Source: Microcoleus sp. (GTDB lineage Bacteria; Cyanobacteriota; Cyanobacteriia; Cyanobacteriales; Microcoleaceae). Taken from it: a stretch of 64,000 nt of DNA. The notes below the pieces were generated by a model. That model made no database searches. It saw only the letters and a list, made by a program, of their open reading frames with translations, and was not told the origin of the DNA. Below are positions 40,148 through 50,800 of the stretch, piece by piece (the stretch's first letter is position 1; each line of letters starts with the position of its first letter). The stretch covers positions 832,001 to 896,000 of the forward strand of contig JAYFMW010000006.1 in assembly GCA_042408215.1 (NCBI GenBank), in the 5' to 3' direction. Made by a program: the position numbers and the translations under genes.

Positions 40148-43100
40148 ATGAATAATATTACTATCAAAACTGTAAGAGTGGCAGAACAAATGATCGCGGA
40201 GTCGTTGGTGGATTTAGAGGCAGCTCAAACTTATTTCCAAAAGGCAAACGGGCTGAAAGATGCAGGCTGGCTTGATCGGGCGATAGAGAATTATCAGAAA
40301 GCTCTAGAATTCAATGGGGAAGATGCCGAAGTTTACAAAAAGTTGGCGGAAGTTTATGCTTTGCAAGGGGAATTTAAAAAGGCGATCGACTCCTGCCATC
40401 TCGCTCTTCAATTTCAACCTAATTTTGCTGCTGCTTACTTGACAATGGGCAATGCCCTGCACAGTCAAGACCAGCTAGAACTGGCAATTAAAGCTTATTT
40501 GGAAGCTTTGAAAATTCAGCCGGAATTTGCCGAAGCTAGCGCTAATTTGGGCAGTATGTATTACAAGTTAGGGCAATTTGCAGAGGCTGAAAAATATTAC
40601 CAAAAAGCTATTGCAATTAATCCCACTTTGTGTTCTGTGCGTTTGATGCTCGGTAGTGTTTTGCAGGATCAAGGCAAGTTGGATGCTGCAATTGCTTGTT
40701 ATCAAAAAGTGCTGGAATTGCAACCGAGAGATGCAAGTACAGCCGAAAAATTATCCAATTTGCTTAAACAAAAAGAGGGGGAAAATCCACTCAGCAAATT
40801 TATTGAATTAGAAACTGAATCAGGGGAACCACAAGCAGTAACTGTCAACAAAGACGAAGGCTATGGTTTGCAGCCTTCTAGCATAAATCTGCCGCCAGCA
40901 GAAACAATTGAAAACTTAAATACTCCCTTCACAAACCCTGCTGAAGTTTCCGAACAAGTTTCGCAGTTGAACGTTCCAACTAACGAACAAGTTGCCAATT
41001 TTCAAGAAGTTGAACATTACAAAAGTCTGGCTGAGAATTATCTAGTTAAAGGCAAGATTCAAGAAGCGATCGCCGCGTGTCATTTAGCAATCAAAACTCG
41101 ACCAGATTACATCCATGCTTACGTTACTTTAGGGAATGCTTTGCAAGCTGGCGGCAAAATAGAAGCTGCCATTCGCTCATATTCTCAAGCCTTAGAATTG
41201 CGGCCAAATTTTGCTGAAGTGCGCGCCAATATCGGCAGTATGTATTTCAAAATGGGGCGTTTACCAGAGGCGATCGCACATTACGAAGAAGCCATTGCTC
41301 TCAATCCAGATTTAGCGGGCGCTCACTGGAATCTCGGCAAAGTATATCACAAAAACGGCAACACCGAAGCGGCGATCGCCTGTTTTCAGAGAACATCCTC
41401 ACTCAACCCCCAGCTAGTCGGTGCAGACTTCCACTTTAACCTAGGCAACCGACTTTTTTCTCAAGGGAAGCGCGACGAAGCTATTGAAAGCTACGAAAAG
41501 GCGATCGCCCTTAAACCAGATTGGGCTGAAGCCTATGCTAACATCGGCAGCGCGCGATCGCAACAAGGAAATCTCGATGCAGCAATCACTTATTATCAGA
41601 AAGCTGTAGATTTAAAGCCAGAATTAGAAGTTTTGCACTCCAACCTTGCCAATTCATTTTTGCAGCAAGGCAAGTACGAATCAGCAATTACCTGTTACCA
41701 AAATGCGCTCAAAATTAAGCCAGAATGGGCAGATGTTCAGGCTAATTTGGGCAACGCTTTGTCTATGTTAGGGAGGCTGGAAGAAGCCCTGGCTAGCTAT
41801 CAGCAAGCCCTGGCCTTAAAACCGAATTGGGCAGAAGTTTACTGTCGGATGGGACACATTCAGAAACAGGATAAACCGTTGGAGGCGATCGCAAATTTTG
41901 AAAAGGCGATCGAATCCAACCCCAAATTCAGCGAAGCCCATCAACAATTGTGCGACTTGCTAAGCCATTCCACCAACCTCGCCGGAGCCCGAAACGTAGC
42001 CGACAAATACTGCGAAAACTGTGGCGATGTAGCCCCAGTCATGTCAGCCACCGCCTACGTCTTTTCCTACCTGCAATCAGGTGTCAGCCAACAGGCAATT
42101 CAGAAACTCGAAGAAATCGAAGAACTCTGCTACGAAAAAGTCGAAACCTTTAGCAATATCGAACTAAAACTGCTCTACGAAATTTTCTTATTTGCAGTTT
42201 CCCACCTGCGAGACAACCTCGAAAAAAATGCCAATTTCTATAGATTAATTGCCAAAGAATACTACAAAAAAGCCGTGCCACAGCGCCCGGTTAACAGAAT
42301 CAAATCCGCCTATACGGGACAAAAGCCTTTAAGAATCGGCTTTCTATCCAAACATTTTCGCCGCCACTCCGTAGGCTGGTGCAGCGAAGCATTAATTCGC
42401 GAATTAACCCGCATCACCCCCCACGTTCACCTCTACGTCACAGGCAAGCTCAACAAAGATGAAGTTACGCAGCGATTTGAACAAATGGCGGGCAAATTTT
42501 ACTGGCCTAAAAAATATCCTAACGGCTTTGCAGACGGCGGCGAAATCCTCGAAGAAGTAGTGCAAGATGATTTGGATGTTTTAATAGATTTAGACTCGAT
42601 GACAGTACCGACAAATGTAGAAGTGCTGAACCACAATCCCGCCGGAATTTGTGTTTCTTGGCTGGGATTCGATGCGCCCTACATCTCGGAAAATCACTAC
42701 TTTCTCTGTGACGAACACACTCACCCTCACGGCGTTGAGAAACATTACCTAGAAAAGTTAGTGAGATTGCCTAGTTGTTCAGTAGCAATTGGCGAGTTGC
42801 AAAGCATTAATGTCGATCGCAATGCGATTAGAAATGCTCTCTTAATTGGCTTAAATCAGATGACTTATCTGTGCGTTGCGCCTGGGAGAAAAACTAATCC
42901 TGAAATGGTACGCGCTCAAGTTAAAATACTCAAAGAAGTTCCTGACAGTTTGCTAATCCGCAAAGGTCAAGGCGATCCAGATGTTATTCACAGCACTTAC
43001 CGCGAAGAATGCGAAATTCAAGGAGTAGATTTTGCTCGAATTAAGTTTGTCGGACAAACCAAAACGGAAGAAGAACACCGGGCGATTTATTATGTAGCTG

Positions 43101-43447
43101 ACGTGCTTTTAGATTCCTATCCTTACAATGGCGGTACTCACAATTTAGAGGCTTTGTGGGCAAATTTACCAGTGGTAACTAGATCGGGCGACCAATATCT
43201 GTCGCGGATGGGTTACGCATTTCTGAAAAGTGCAAATCTTGACGTGGGTGCGGCGTGGAGTTGGGAAGAATACACGCAGTGGGGAGTTAAATTTGGGCGA
43301 GATGCTAATTTCCGAAATGCGGTGAAAGAGCATTTGATAAAATCTAAACAGCCAGAACATCTTGCGCCTTTGTGGAATCCTCAGAAATTGGCAAGGGAAA
43401 TGTATGAAGTGTTTCAAAAACTGTTAGCTAAACAGGTGGGGAATTGA
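40148..43447 (+). CDS. TPR-repeat GT41 glycosyltransferase (OGT/SPINDLY-like)
   Basis: more than 12 TPRs, then LRIGFLS..FRRHSVG, DVLIDLD, SWLG, LDSYPYNGGT..LEALW..LPVVT. Confidence 0.88.
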   Translation: MNNITIKTVRVAEQMIAESLVDLEAAQTYFQKANGLKDAGWLDRAIENYQKALEFNGEDAEVYKKLAEVYALQGEFKKAIDSCHLALQFQPNFAAAYLTMGNALHSQDQLELAIKAYLEALKIQPEFAEASANLGSMYYKLGQFAEAEKYYQKAIAINPTLCSVRLMLGSVLQDQGKLDAAIACYQKVLELQPRDASTAEKLSNLLKQKEGENPLSKFIELETESGEPQAVTVNKDEGYGLQPSSINLPPAETIENLNTPFTNPAEVSEQVSQLNVPTNEQVANFQEVEHYKSLAENYLVKGKIQEAIAACHLAIKTRPDYIHAYVTLGNALQAGGKIEAAIRSYSQALELRPNFAEVRANIGSMYFKMGRLPEAIAHYEEAIALNPDLAGAHWNLGKVYHKNGNTEAAIACFQRTSSLNPQLVGADFHFNLGNRLFSQGKRDEAIESYEKAIALKPDWAEAYANIGSARSQQGNLDAAITYYQKAVDLKPELEVLHSNLANSFLQQGKYESAITCYQNALKIKPEWADVQANLGNALSMLGRLEEALASYQQALALKPNWAEVYCRMGHIQKQDKPLEAIANFEKAIESNPKFSEAHQQLCDLLSHSTNLAGARNVADKYCENCGDVAPVMSATAYVFSYLQSGVSQQAIQKLEEIEELCYEKVETFSNIELKLLYEIFLFAVSHLRDNLEKNANFYRLIAKEYYKKAVPQRPVNRIKSAYTGQKPLRIGFLSKHFRRHSVGWCSEALIRELTRITPHVHLYVTGKLNKDEVTQRFEQMAGKFYWPKKYPNGFADGGEILEEVVQDDLDVLIDLDSMTVPTNVEVLNHNPAGICVSWLGFDAPYISENHYFLCDEHTHPHGVEKHYLEKLVRLPSCSVAIGELQSINVDRNAIRNALLIGLNQMTYLCVAPGRKTNPEMVRAQVKILKEVPDSLLIRKGQGDPDVIHSTYREECEIQGVDFARIKFVGQTKTEEEHRAIYYVADVLLDSYPYNGGTHNLEALWANLPVVTRSGDQYLSRMGYAFLKSANLDVGAAWSWEEYTQWGVKFGRDANFRNAVKEHLIKSKQPEHLAPLWNPQKLAREMYEVFQKLLAKQVGN

Positions 43448-43568
43448 GAATTAGTCTAGCAATCCCCGCTTTCTTTCTCTCTTCTCTTCCTCTGTGTCCT
43501 CTGCGCCCTCTGTGGTTCAAAAAAAGAGATCTAACGAAGTCCACTCCTAGGGGACTAACAACTAACAA

Positions 43569-46500
43569 CTAATGACTAATCACAACCCGATCGCGCCCGC
43601 CAGACTTAGCTCGATAAAGCGCCTGATCCGCGGCTTCAATCAGGATTTTCGGCGAGTTTTGACATTCCGAAATACTAGCAACTCCCAAGCTGAGAGTCAC
43701 GCAATCGCTGACAACAGACTTGATGTGGGGAATAGCCAAAGCTTTAATGCGACTGCGGATTTGCTCAGCAACTGCTTGTGCAGCCACAATGTCTGTATTT
43801 GGCAAAATTACCCCAAATTCCTCGCCGCCGTACCTAGCAGCTAAATAGAGGCGTTCTGGGGGTACGTTTGTGCAAGTATCCCCGATCGCCCGCGCCACTT
43901 GTTGCAAGCAAGCATCCCCAGCTTGGTGTCCGTAATTGTCGTTGTAAGGCTTAAAACAGTCAATGTCACACATAATCAAAGATAGCGGTTGCGAACTGCT
44001 GCATTGCTCCCACTCCAGCTTCAAAACTTCGTCAAATCGCCGTCTGTTAGCTAGCTGAGTCAGACTGTCAGAATTCGCCAAGCTATCCAACTGCTGGTTC
44101 GCTGCTGCTAACTGCTGGTAAAGTAAAGATTGTTCGATCGCGATCGCCACTTGCGTCCCCAACTGCTTCAACAAATCTACATCAAACTGCTGCCACCTGC
44201 GAGGTTTTGAACAGTGGTGCGCGATCAACAAACCCCACAATTTCGGTACATAACAAGAAGCGTTACCTTCCCTAGTTTCTATCCCCTGCTGGACAATCGG
44301 CACCACCAAATTCGCCTTCACCTGACACTCGATCAAAAAATTAATGTGACACTGATTCAAATTAGAAGCGCGCACATCCTCTACGGCTAGAATTCGGCCC
44401 TTCAAATACTGTCCGATATAAGAATTAGCAAAACAGCAATCATCAAAAACCTTCTCCAAAAGTGGCAGCCATTCCTCCCCAACCGACTCCACCACCACAT
44501 CTCCGTTCCAGTCGGGCCGGAAGCGGAAAATCAACACTCGATCGGTTGCCAAAAACTCCCGCACTTCCGCTACCGTAGTATTCAGGATATCTTTGAGGTC
44601 AAGAGAAGAGCGGATGCGGGCTTGAATCTGTGCAATCAGGCGTTCCCGCTCTACCTGCTGTCGCAGCGCGACTTGAGCTTGCTTGCTTTCTGTAATGTCT
44701 CGACCTTCCGGTAATAGCAATACTATTTTGCCAGTTTCATCCGCGACAGGTTTGAGAGAAAAGTCAACAATTGCCGTCCGATTTGCACCTTTAACTTCCA
44801 CTTCGTAGCGGACAAATTCGCCTTTTGCCGATCGGGCGATCGCCTGTTGTAACTGTTCCCGAATTTCCTGAGAACCCCCCCACCAATGCCCTTCCCAAAA
44901 CGGACGATTGGCCACATCCTGCAGATTAATTCCTGCAAAATCCAGAGAAGTTTGATTAGCTTCTAACAGAGTACCATCCGGTTTCAGCAGGCTGACAAAT
45001 TGGAAGGAAGAATCAAAAATTGCCCGAAAGCGTCTTTGACTATCTCCCAACATTGCCGCCACCTTGGAGCGAGCGGTAATATCACGGAAGCGCCACACCC
45101 TGCCAATAATATTTTGTCCGACTCGAATTGGCTGCGTGTAGCGCTCAAAAGTGCGGCCGTCTTTAAATTCCAGCAGATCGTAGCCTTCTGTCTCGGCATC
45201 GCTGTAAATTTCTTTAACTCGGCGCAGAAAAGCTCTCGGATCTTTGACTTGCTTAGTGAGAAATGTCAGCCTCACCGTTCTATCCATTGAGTTTTTAATT
45301 TCTTCTGAAATGCCCCACATTTGGACTAACTTTTCGTTAAAACTAATCAGTTCTCCGGCTGTAGTAACAGCAAGAATGCCGTCTGCTGTTGCTGACAAGG
45401 TAGCGTGCAAAAGAGAAACCGAGCGGTCTAATTCTGCTTCAATTAACTTGCGTTCCGTGAGGTTTCGCACTGCTTTTACCTGTACTAATCGACCTTCGCC
45501 TACCACGAATTTGCTGCGAACCTCAGCGGGAAAAGCCGTCCCGTCTCGCTTGAGAAAAATAGTTTCGCAGACTGTATTACTGGCGGCAGAAATCATTTCT
45601 GGTGCCTGTTTGTAGGATTTCGGCGACAGCAGTTCCAGCAGGCTCATCCCCGCCATTTCCTCCGGTTCGTAACCGAATAAATCGGCAAATTTTCTGCTGA
45701 CGCTCAAAATTGTGTCGCGGTCGGCGACGGCAACTGCTTCAAAATAAGCTTCGCATTCTAGCAAGCGCGCTGCTACTACGCTGTCACCATTTTCGACTAA
45801 ATTGCTATTTTTAATGAGCTGTTGAATCTGCATATTTGCTGAATCCAAAGCTGTCATTGCCTGTCTGTACATAGCTGTGCGTTTTTCTAATTTTTCTGTG
45901 AGACGATCGCGGACTGTTCGCAGTTCTTTTTCTCCTCGCATCAAATCGGTGATATCTACTGCAAAAACTATGACACCTGTAACTTTACCTGTTCGATCGC
46001 GGCAAGGTATTTTGTCTGTCCGCACCCAGCATTTTTGACCAGATACAGTTGACAGGAGTTCTACTTTTCCGTATTTGGCAATGCCTGAATTGATTACTTC
46101 TAAATCTTCTAAATAATATTGCTCTGCTTCGTCGGGATAGATTTCATAAAAAGATTGACCTTTTAATTTGTCTGCGGGCAAACCTCTAGATGCCGCCGCG
46201 GCTTTGTTAATTCGCAGGAGATGGCTTTCGGTATCTTTATACCAAATCATCGCTGGTATGGAATCAAGAATAATTTGCTGTTCTTGCTGCTGCTGGCGCA
46301 TTTCTGCTTCTATTTGTTCTCTTTTAATTATTTCCTCTTCCATTTTTTTATTGGCTTTTCTCAGTTCAGCCGTGCGTTTTTCTACTTTTTTTTCTAGTTT
46401 TTTGTAGTCTTCACTCAGCAAGTTTTGCTGCTGTTCGCGCCGCATTGATTCTAATTTTATTTTTTCGCTATTTGCCAAACTGGTAGAGCCAAAATCTGCT

Positions 46501-47513
46501 AATATTTCGGTAAACTCCTGTTCTGATTCCGTCCACTGCCTCCCGGAACCAGCACGTTCGGCGCTGACAATTCCTACCATTTTGCCAGCCAGCATAATCG
46601 GTACATTTAATAGGGAAGTAATGCCTCGATCTGCAAAATAAATATCGGCAAGTTCTCGCGTTCTGGGGTCATTTGTTGCCGCCACCGCTGCGATCGCACT
46701 TTCGGACTTCAATGCTTGAAAATAAGCCGGACATTCCGCTGCTGTTACGATTATTGGTACGGAATGGAGTTGAGTATTTTGCTCGTAGAGGTCAAGGCAT
46801 TGAAGCTGGGTGCGGTCTTCGTTGTACAGCCAAATGCTGGCTCGATCGCAGTTTAAAATATTGACAGCAGTTTCTGTTATTTCTCGGATAAATTCTTCGA
46901 TGCTGCATTCTTTACTTTGACTTTTGGCTAATTTTGCGATCGCCAAAGTTTTATTTCGCCAACTTTCGCTCTGGTTTGTCGCCACTGCTACAGTTGTTTC
47001 TGCCGTAATTTCTTCGCAAACTAGCAGTATAATTGGTAGTTGAAAATTCCCACCACATTTACAGCTATTTTCCGGTGGTTCCCCGCCGAGATCCGGCAGA
47101 GTACGCGCTGTTGCTTTTACCCAAATAATTCTGCCATCTTTGCAGGTCAAGTGGCCTTCCCAAGTGGCAACTGTTCGGGCTTCCCCGCTATTTTCTGGCT
47201 GGGCTAATGCTACAAATTCTGCTTGCAACTTTCCTTGATTTTGGCAGTAAAATATGTTAAATATCGAATGAGAAATCAATTCTTGTGAGGTGTAGGCTAG
47301 GCGAGAAGCGCCGAATTGATTGAGGGAAAAAATTCTTCCCAAAGCATCTAAAACAAAGTAAATCCCCGGCAAATTGTCGTAGAGAGTTCGAGCCCAATCC
47401 CCTTTAACTTCTCTGCCGCCCGCAAATCTAGCTGGCACGAATTCGCCGTTGATTTCGGGGCCATAAGAATTGTTTGTTTCTGGGTTGCGGTCGGAGTTGT
47501 TTTTAGTTAACAC
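43569..47513 (-). CDS. multi-PAS/GAF diguanylate cyclase with a cyanobacteriochrome GAF domain
   Basis: several PAS domains, two GAFs; second GAF has DRVLIFRF, DCCF, CH, LWGLLIAH; DSLTQLANRR, DIDCFK, YGGEEF. Confidence 0.9.
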   Translation of the reverse strand: MLTKNNSDRNPETNNSYGPEINGEFVPARFAGGREVKGDWARTLYDNLPGIYFVLDALGRIFSLNQFGASRLAYTSQELISHSIFNIFYCQNQGKLQAEFVALAQPENSGEARTVATWEGHLTCKDGRIIWVKATARTLPDLGGEPPENSCKCGGNFQLPIILLVCEEITAETTVAVATNQSESWRNKTLAIAKLAKSQSKECSIEEFIREITETAVNILNCDRASIWLYNEDRTQLQCLDLYEQNTQLHSVPIIVTAAECPAYFQALKSESAIAAVAATNDPRTRELADIYFADRGITSLLNVPIMLAGKMVGIVSAERAGSGRQWTESEQEFTEILADFGSTSLANSEKIKLESMRREQQQNLLSEDYKKLEKKVEKRTAELRKANKKMEEEIIKREQIEAEMRQQQQEQQIILDSIPAMIWYKDTESHLLRINKAAAASRGLPADKLKGQSFYEIYPDEAEQYYLEDLEVINSGIAKYGKVELLSTVSGQKCWVRTDKIPCRDRTGKVTGVIVFAVDITDLMRGEKELRTVRDRLTEKLEKRTAMYRQAMTALDSANMQIQQLIKNSNLVENGDSVVAARLLECEAYFEAVAVADRDTILSVSRKFADLFGYEPEEMAGMSLLELLSPKSYKQAPEMISAASNTVCETIFLKRDGTAFPAEVRSKFVVGEGRLVQVKAVRNLTERKLIEAELDRSVSLLHATLSATADGILAVTTAGELISFNEKLVQMWGISEEIKNSMDRTVRLTFLTKQVKDPRAFLRRVKEIYSDAETEGYDLLEFKDGRTFERYTQPIRVGQNIIGRVWRFRDITARSKVAAMLGDSQRRFRAIFDSSFQFVSLLKPDGTLLEANQTSLDFAGINLQDVANRPFWEGHWWGGSQEIREQLQQAIARSAKGEFVRYEVEVKGANRTAIVDFSLKPVADETGKIVLLLPEGRDITESKQAQVALRQQVERERLIAQIQARIRSSLDLKDILNTTVAEVREFLATDRVLIFRFRPDWNGDVVVESVGEEWLPLLEKVFDDCCFANSYIGQYLKGRILAVEDVRASNLNQCHINFLIECQVKANLVVPIVQQGIETREGNASCYVPKLWGLLIAHHCSKPRRWQQFDVDLLKQLGTQVAIAIEQSLLYQQLAAANQQLDSLANSDSLTQLANRRRFDEVLKLEWEQCSSSQPLSLIMCDIDCFKPYNDNYGHQAGDACLQQVARAIGDTCTNVPPERLYLAARYGGEEFGVILPNTDIVAAQAVAEQIRSRIKALAIPHIKSVVSDCVTLSLGVASISECQNSPKILIEAADQALYRAKSGGRDRVVISH

Positions 47514-47849
47514 TTTTAAATTAACTCAATTATATAGCAGATGTTGAAGGAAGAAATAAAAAGTCGATGTGAAAATGCAGTCTGACAGCGCACCTATCGG
47601 GAGTCGCGATCGCGCTTAGGTTTAGCTGCAATTACCCTGTCTGTACTTCCAGTATCCTCCACAATGGAATAAATCGGCAATAAATGGTTTTAAGTATATA
47701 TGATAACACTGAAATATCTAGTTTTGGGACTGACCTACTTGGGATTCGGTTTGGGATATTTACCGGGTTTGCGGATGAACCGGGCGGCGATCGCAATTGT
47801 TGGGTCAGCTTTGGTGAAAGATAGAATTTATGCGTAAGTCCTAATTGAA

Positions 47850-50800
47850 TCATAAATTCACTGCAAAACTAGCTATTTTCCAAGGTTCTATCTTGAAACC
47901 TCCTGTCGGCAACTTTTCGGATAAATTGGCTGGTCGTTCTAACAAATCGACGGGCTGACTAATCGCCAAACCTAAATCGCTATCCAATTCTAGCACGGCC
48001 TCTTTCCCCTCGGATTCGTAACACCGCAAAATCCACAAATTTGGATTGTCCTCCGACTGTTTGAAAGCCATTAAAACTAAATTATCGGCGGACAAATCGA
48101 GCAATTTACCGACAGTTGGTAAAGTCTTGTTGTGATTTTCTTCTAACTTTGGCAACACCTTAACTAGCAGGGGTAAATTCAAGTCATACCCCTGTCGTAC
48201 AGTACCAGCATCTTGCCAATTTCCGCTGTGGGGATAAACTGCATAAGTAAATTCGTGAATGCCGATATCTGCTTGTTCATCAGGCCAAGTCGAACCCCTA
48301 AGCAATGTCAGCCGCAATTGATTTGGTTGAAGGTCGCAACCGTATTTACAATCATTGAGCAAACTCACTCCAAAATCATCATTGCTGATGTCTACCCAGC
48401 GTAAAATCGGCACTTCCCATTTGGCTTTTTCGGTGGCTGTTTGCGGTTTAGTTGTACGCTCGATCGCACCGCCGGGAATTTCGCAAGTAGCAAAATCTGC
48501 CGACTGATTTAATCCAAAGGCTGTTTTTACTAAAACATGAGTTTCTTGCCAATCTACAAGAGTCCTAATTTTCAGCAGTGGCGAACCAATTTCTACTATA
48601 TAATCTTGGCAAAACTCCGATTTACCAATTTGTCGGACTACGCGCAAACTCTGCCGTATTTCTCCCTGTGCTATCCAGGAAATATCTTTCAGTATCGGCG
48701 CTGGTAATTGATGTTTTTCATAATTTGGATCGATGTTCCAAGCATCCCAATATTGACCGCTATCTTGAAATGATTGTAGTTGATTGCCTCCTGCTACATT
48801 CAGAACTTCTCTGTTATTTATTTTATCCCAAATGCTCGACAAATTGCCAGTTTCCCAGTCTATTTTTGCCAGAAAAAACTCATTTTCTAAGACCTTTCTT
48901 TGGGCCTCAAAATGAGTTTCTTGACAAAAGGCCTCATTTCGTGCCATAGTGGTTGTAACTTGCCTTAACTCTGTCTTTTTGTAGTTTATGGGTAACAGGG
49001 ACGAATTTTCGGGGGTTTCAGCAGCTTCGCGACACAGCCAAAACACCCGATAGCCGACAGCGGGGATATTATTTGCCGAAAATAACAGTGTAAATTGTGG
49101 TTCGGGTCGATCGCACACTTGAATTTGCGTAACCAGCCGTTGTCCCAACAAGTCGTAAACCAGCCAATTTTCAGCAGCGGAATCAGGAAGGGGTAGAGAG
49201 ACAACCTGAGAACGCGACCAATTGAGGGTGTTAAAGATTAAAATCGGTTGAGCGTCGGGCTGGGGTGGGGAAGGCAGAGAAATTTGCAGGGCGATCGCAT
49301 CTAAAGATTTTAACATAATTTGGCGACAAGTGCGATCGACCTCGGCAAAAGCTAGATTAGTATCGACGTAAACTTGGGCGATCGCAGAACCGGGCAAAAT
49401 ATCATGAAACTGGTTAAACAAGACTTTTTTCCAGGCTGTTTCTAATTCCGATGAAGGATAAATCGCACCCGCACAAATCCTAGCGAGAGAAGACAACAAC
49501 TCAGCTTGATAAAGCAATTCTTCACAGCGGCGATTCTGGCGCTTTTGATCCGCGCGAGTCGTGTAACAACCCCGGTGAAATTCTAGGTAAAGTTCGTCTT
49601 TCCAAATGGGGAGAGGGGGAAGAATAGTTTTAAAATCAGAAATTTCATTGAAATTCTTGGCTTCAACCGCAGACAAATTTTCGACAACTTCATCAAGTTT
49701 CAAAATCGGCTGATTTTCCCAAGTTACAGCAGCGCCTGCTGACTCAGACTCGGAAATTTCATTGAATTTTGGAGATTCAACCGCAGACAAATTTTCGACA
49801 ACTTCATCCTGTTTCAAAATCGGCTGATTTTCCCAAGTTACAGCAGCGACTGCTGACTCAGAATCAGAAATTTCAGTGAATTTTGGAGATTCAACCGCAG
49901 ACAAATTTTCGACAACTTCATCCTGTTTCAAAATCGGCTGATTTTCCTGATTTACAGCAGCGACTGCTGACTCAGAATCAGAAATTTCAGTGAATTTTGG
50001 AGATTCAACCGCAGACAAATTTTCGACAACTTCATCCTGTTTCAAAATCGGCTGATTTTCCCAAGTTACAGCAGCGACTGCTGACTCAGAATCAGAAATT
50101 TCAGTGAATTTTGGAGATTCAACCGCAGACAAATTTTCGACAACTTCATCCTGTTTCAAAATCGGCTGATTTTCCTGATTTACAGCAGCGACTGCTGACT
50201 CAGAATCAGAAATTTCAGTGAATTTTGGAGATTCAACCGCAGACAAATTTTCGACAACTTCATCCTGTTTCAAAATCGGCTGATTTTCCCAAGTTACAGC
50301 AGCGACTGCTGACTCAGAATCAGAAATTTCAGTGAATTTTGGAGATTCAACCGCAGACAAATTTTCGACAACTTCATCCTGTTTCAAAATCGGCTGATTT
50401 TCCCAAGTTACAGCAGCGACTGCTGACTCAGAATCAGAAATTTCAGTGAATTTTGGAGATTCAACCGCAGACAAATTTTCGACAACTTCATCCTGTTTCA
50501 AAATCGGCTGATTTTTCCAATTTACAGCAGCGCCTGCTGACTCAGAATCAGAAATTTCAGTGAATTTTGGAGATTCAAACGCAGACAAATTTCCGACAAC
50601 TTCATCCTGTTTCAAAATCGGCTGATTTTTCCAATTTACAGCAGCGCCTGCTGACTCAGAATCGGAAATTTCAGTGAATTTTGGAGATTCAACCGCAGAC
50701 AAATTTTCGACAACTTCATCCTGTTTCAAAATCGGCTGATTTTTCCAATTTACAGCAGCGCCTGCTGACTCAGACTCGGAAATTTCCGGCAAAAACTGAC

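Noticed and set aside
49635..50786. Intein or intron in the mannosidase
   Set aside because: Pure tandem repeat with no Cys/Ser...His-Asn splicing motifs or endonuclease domain.
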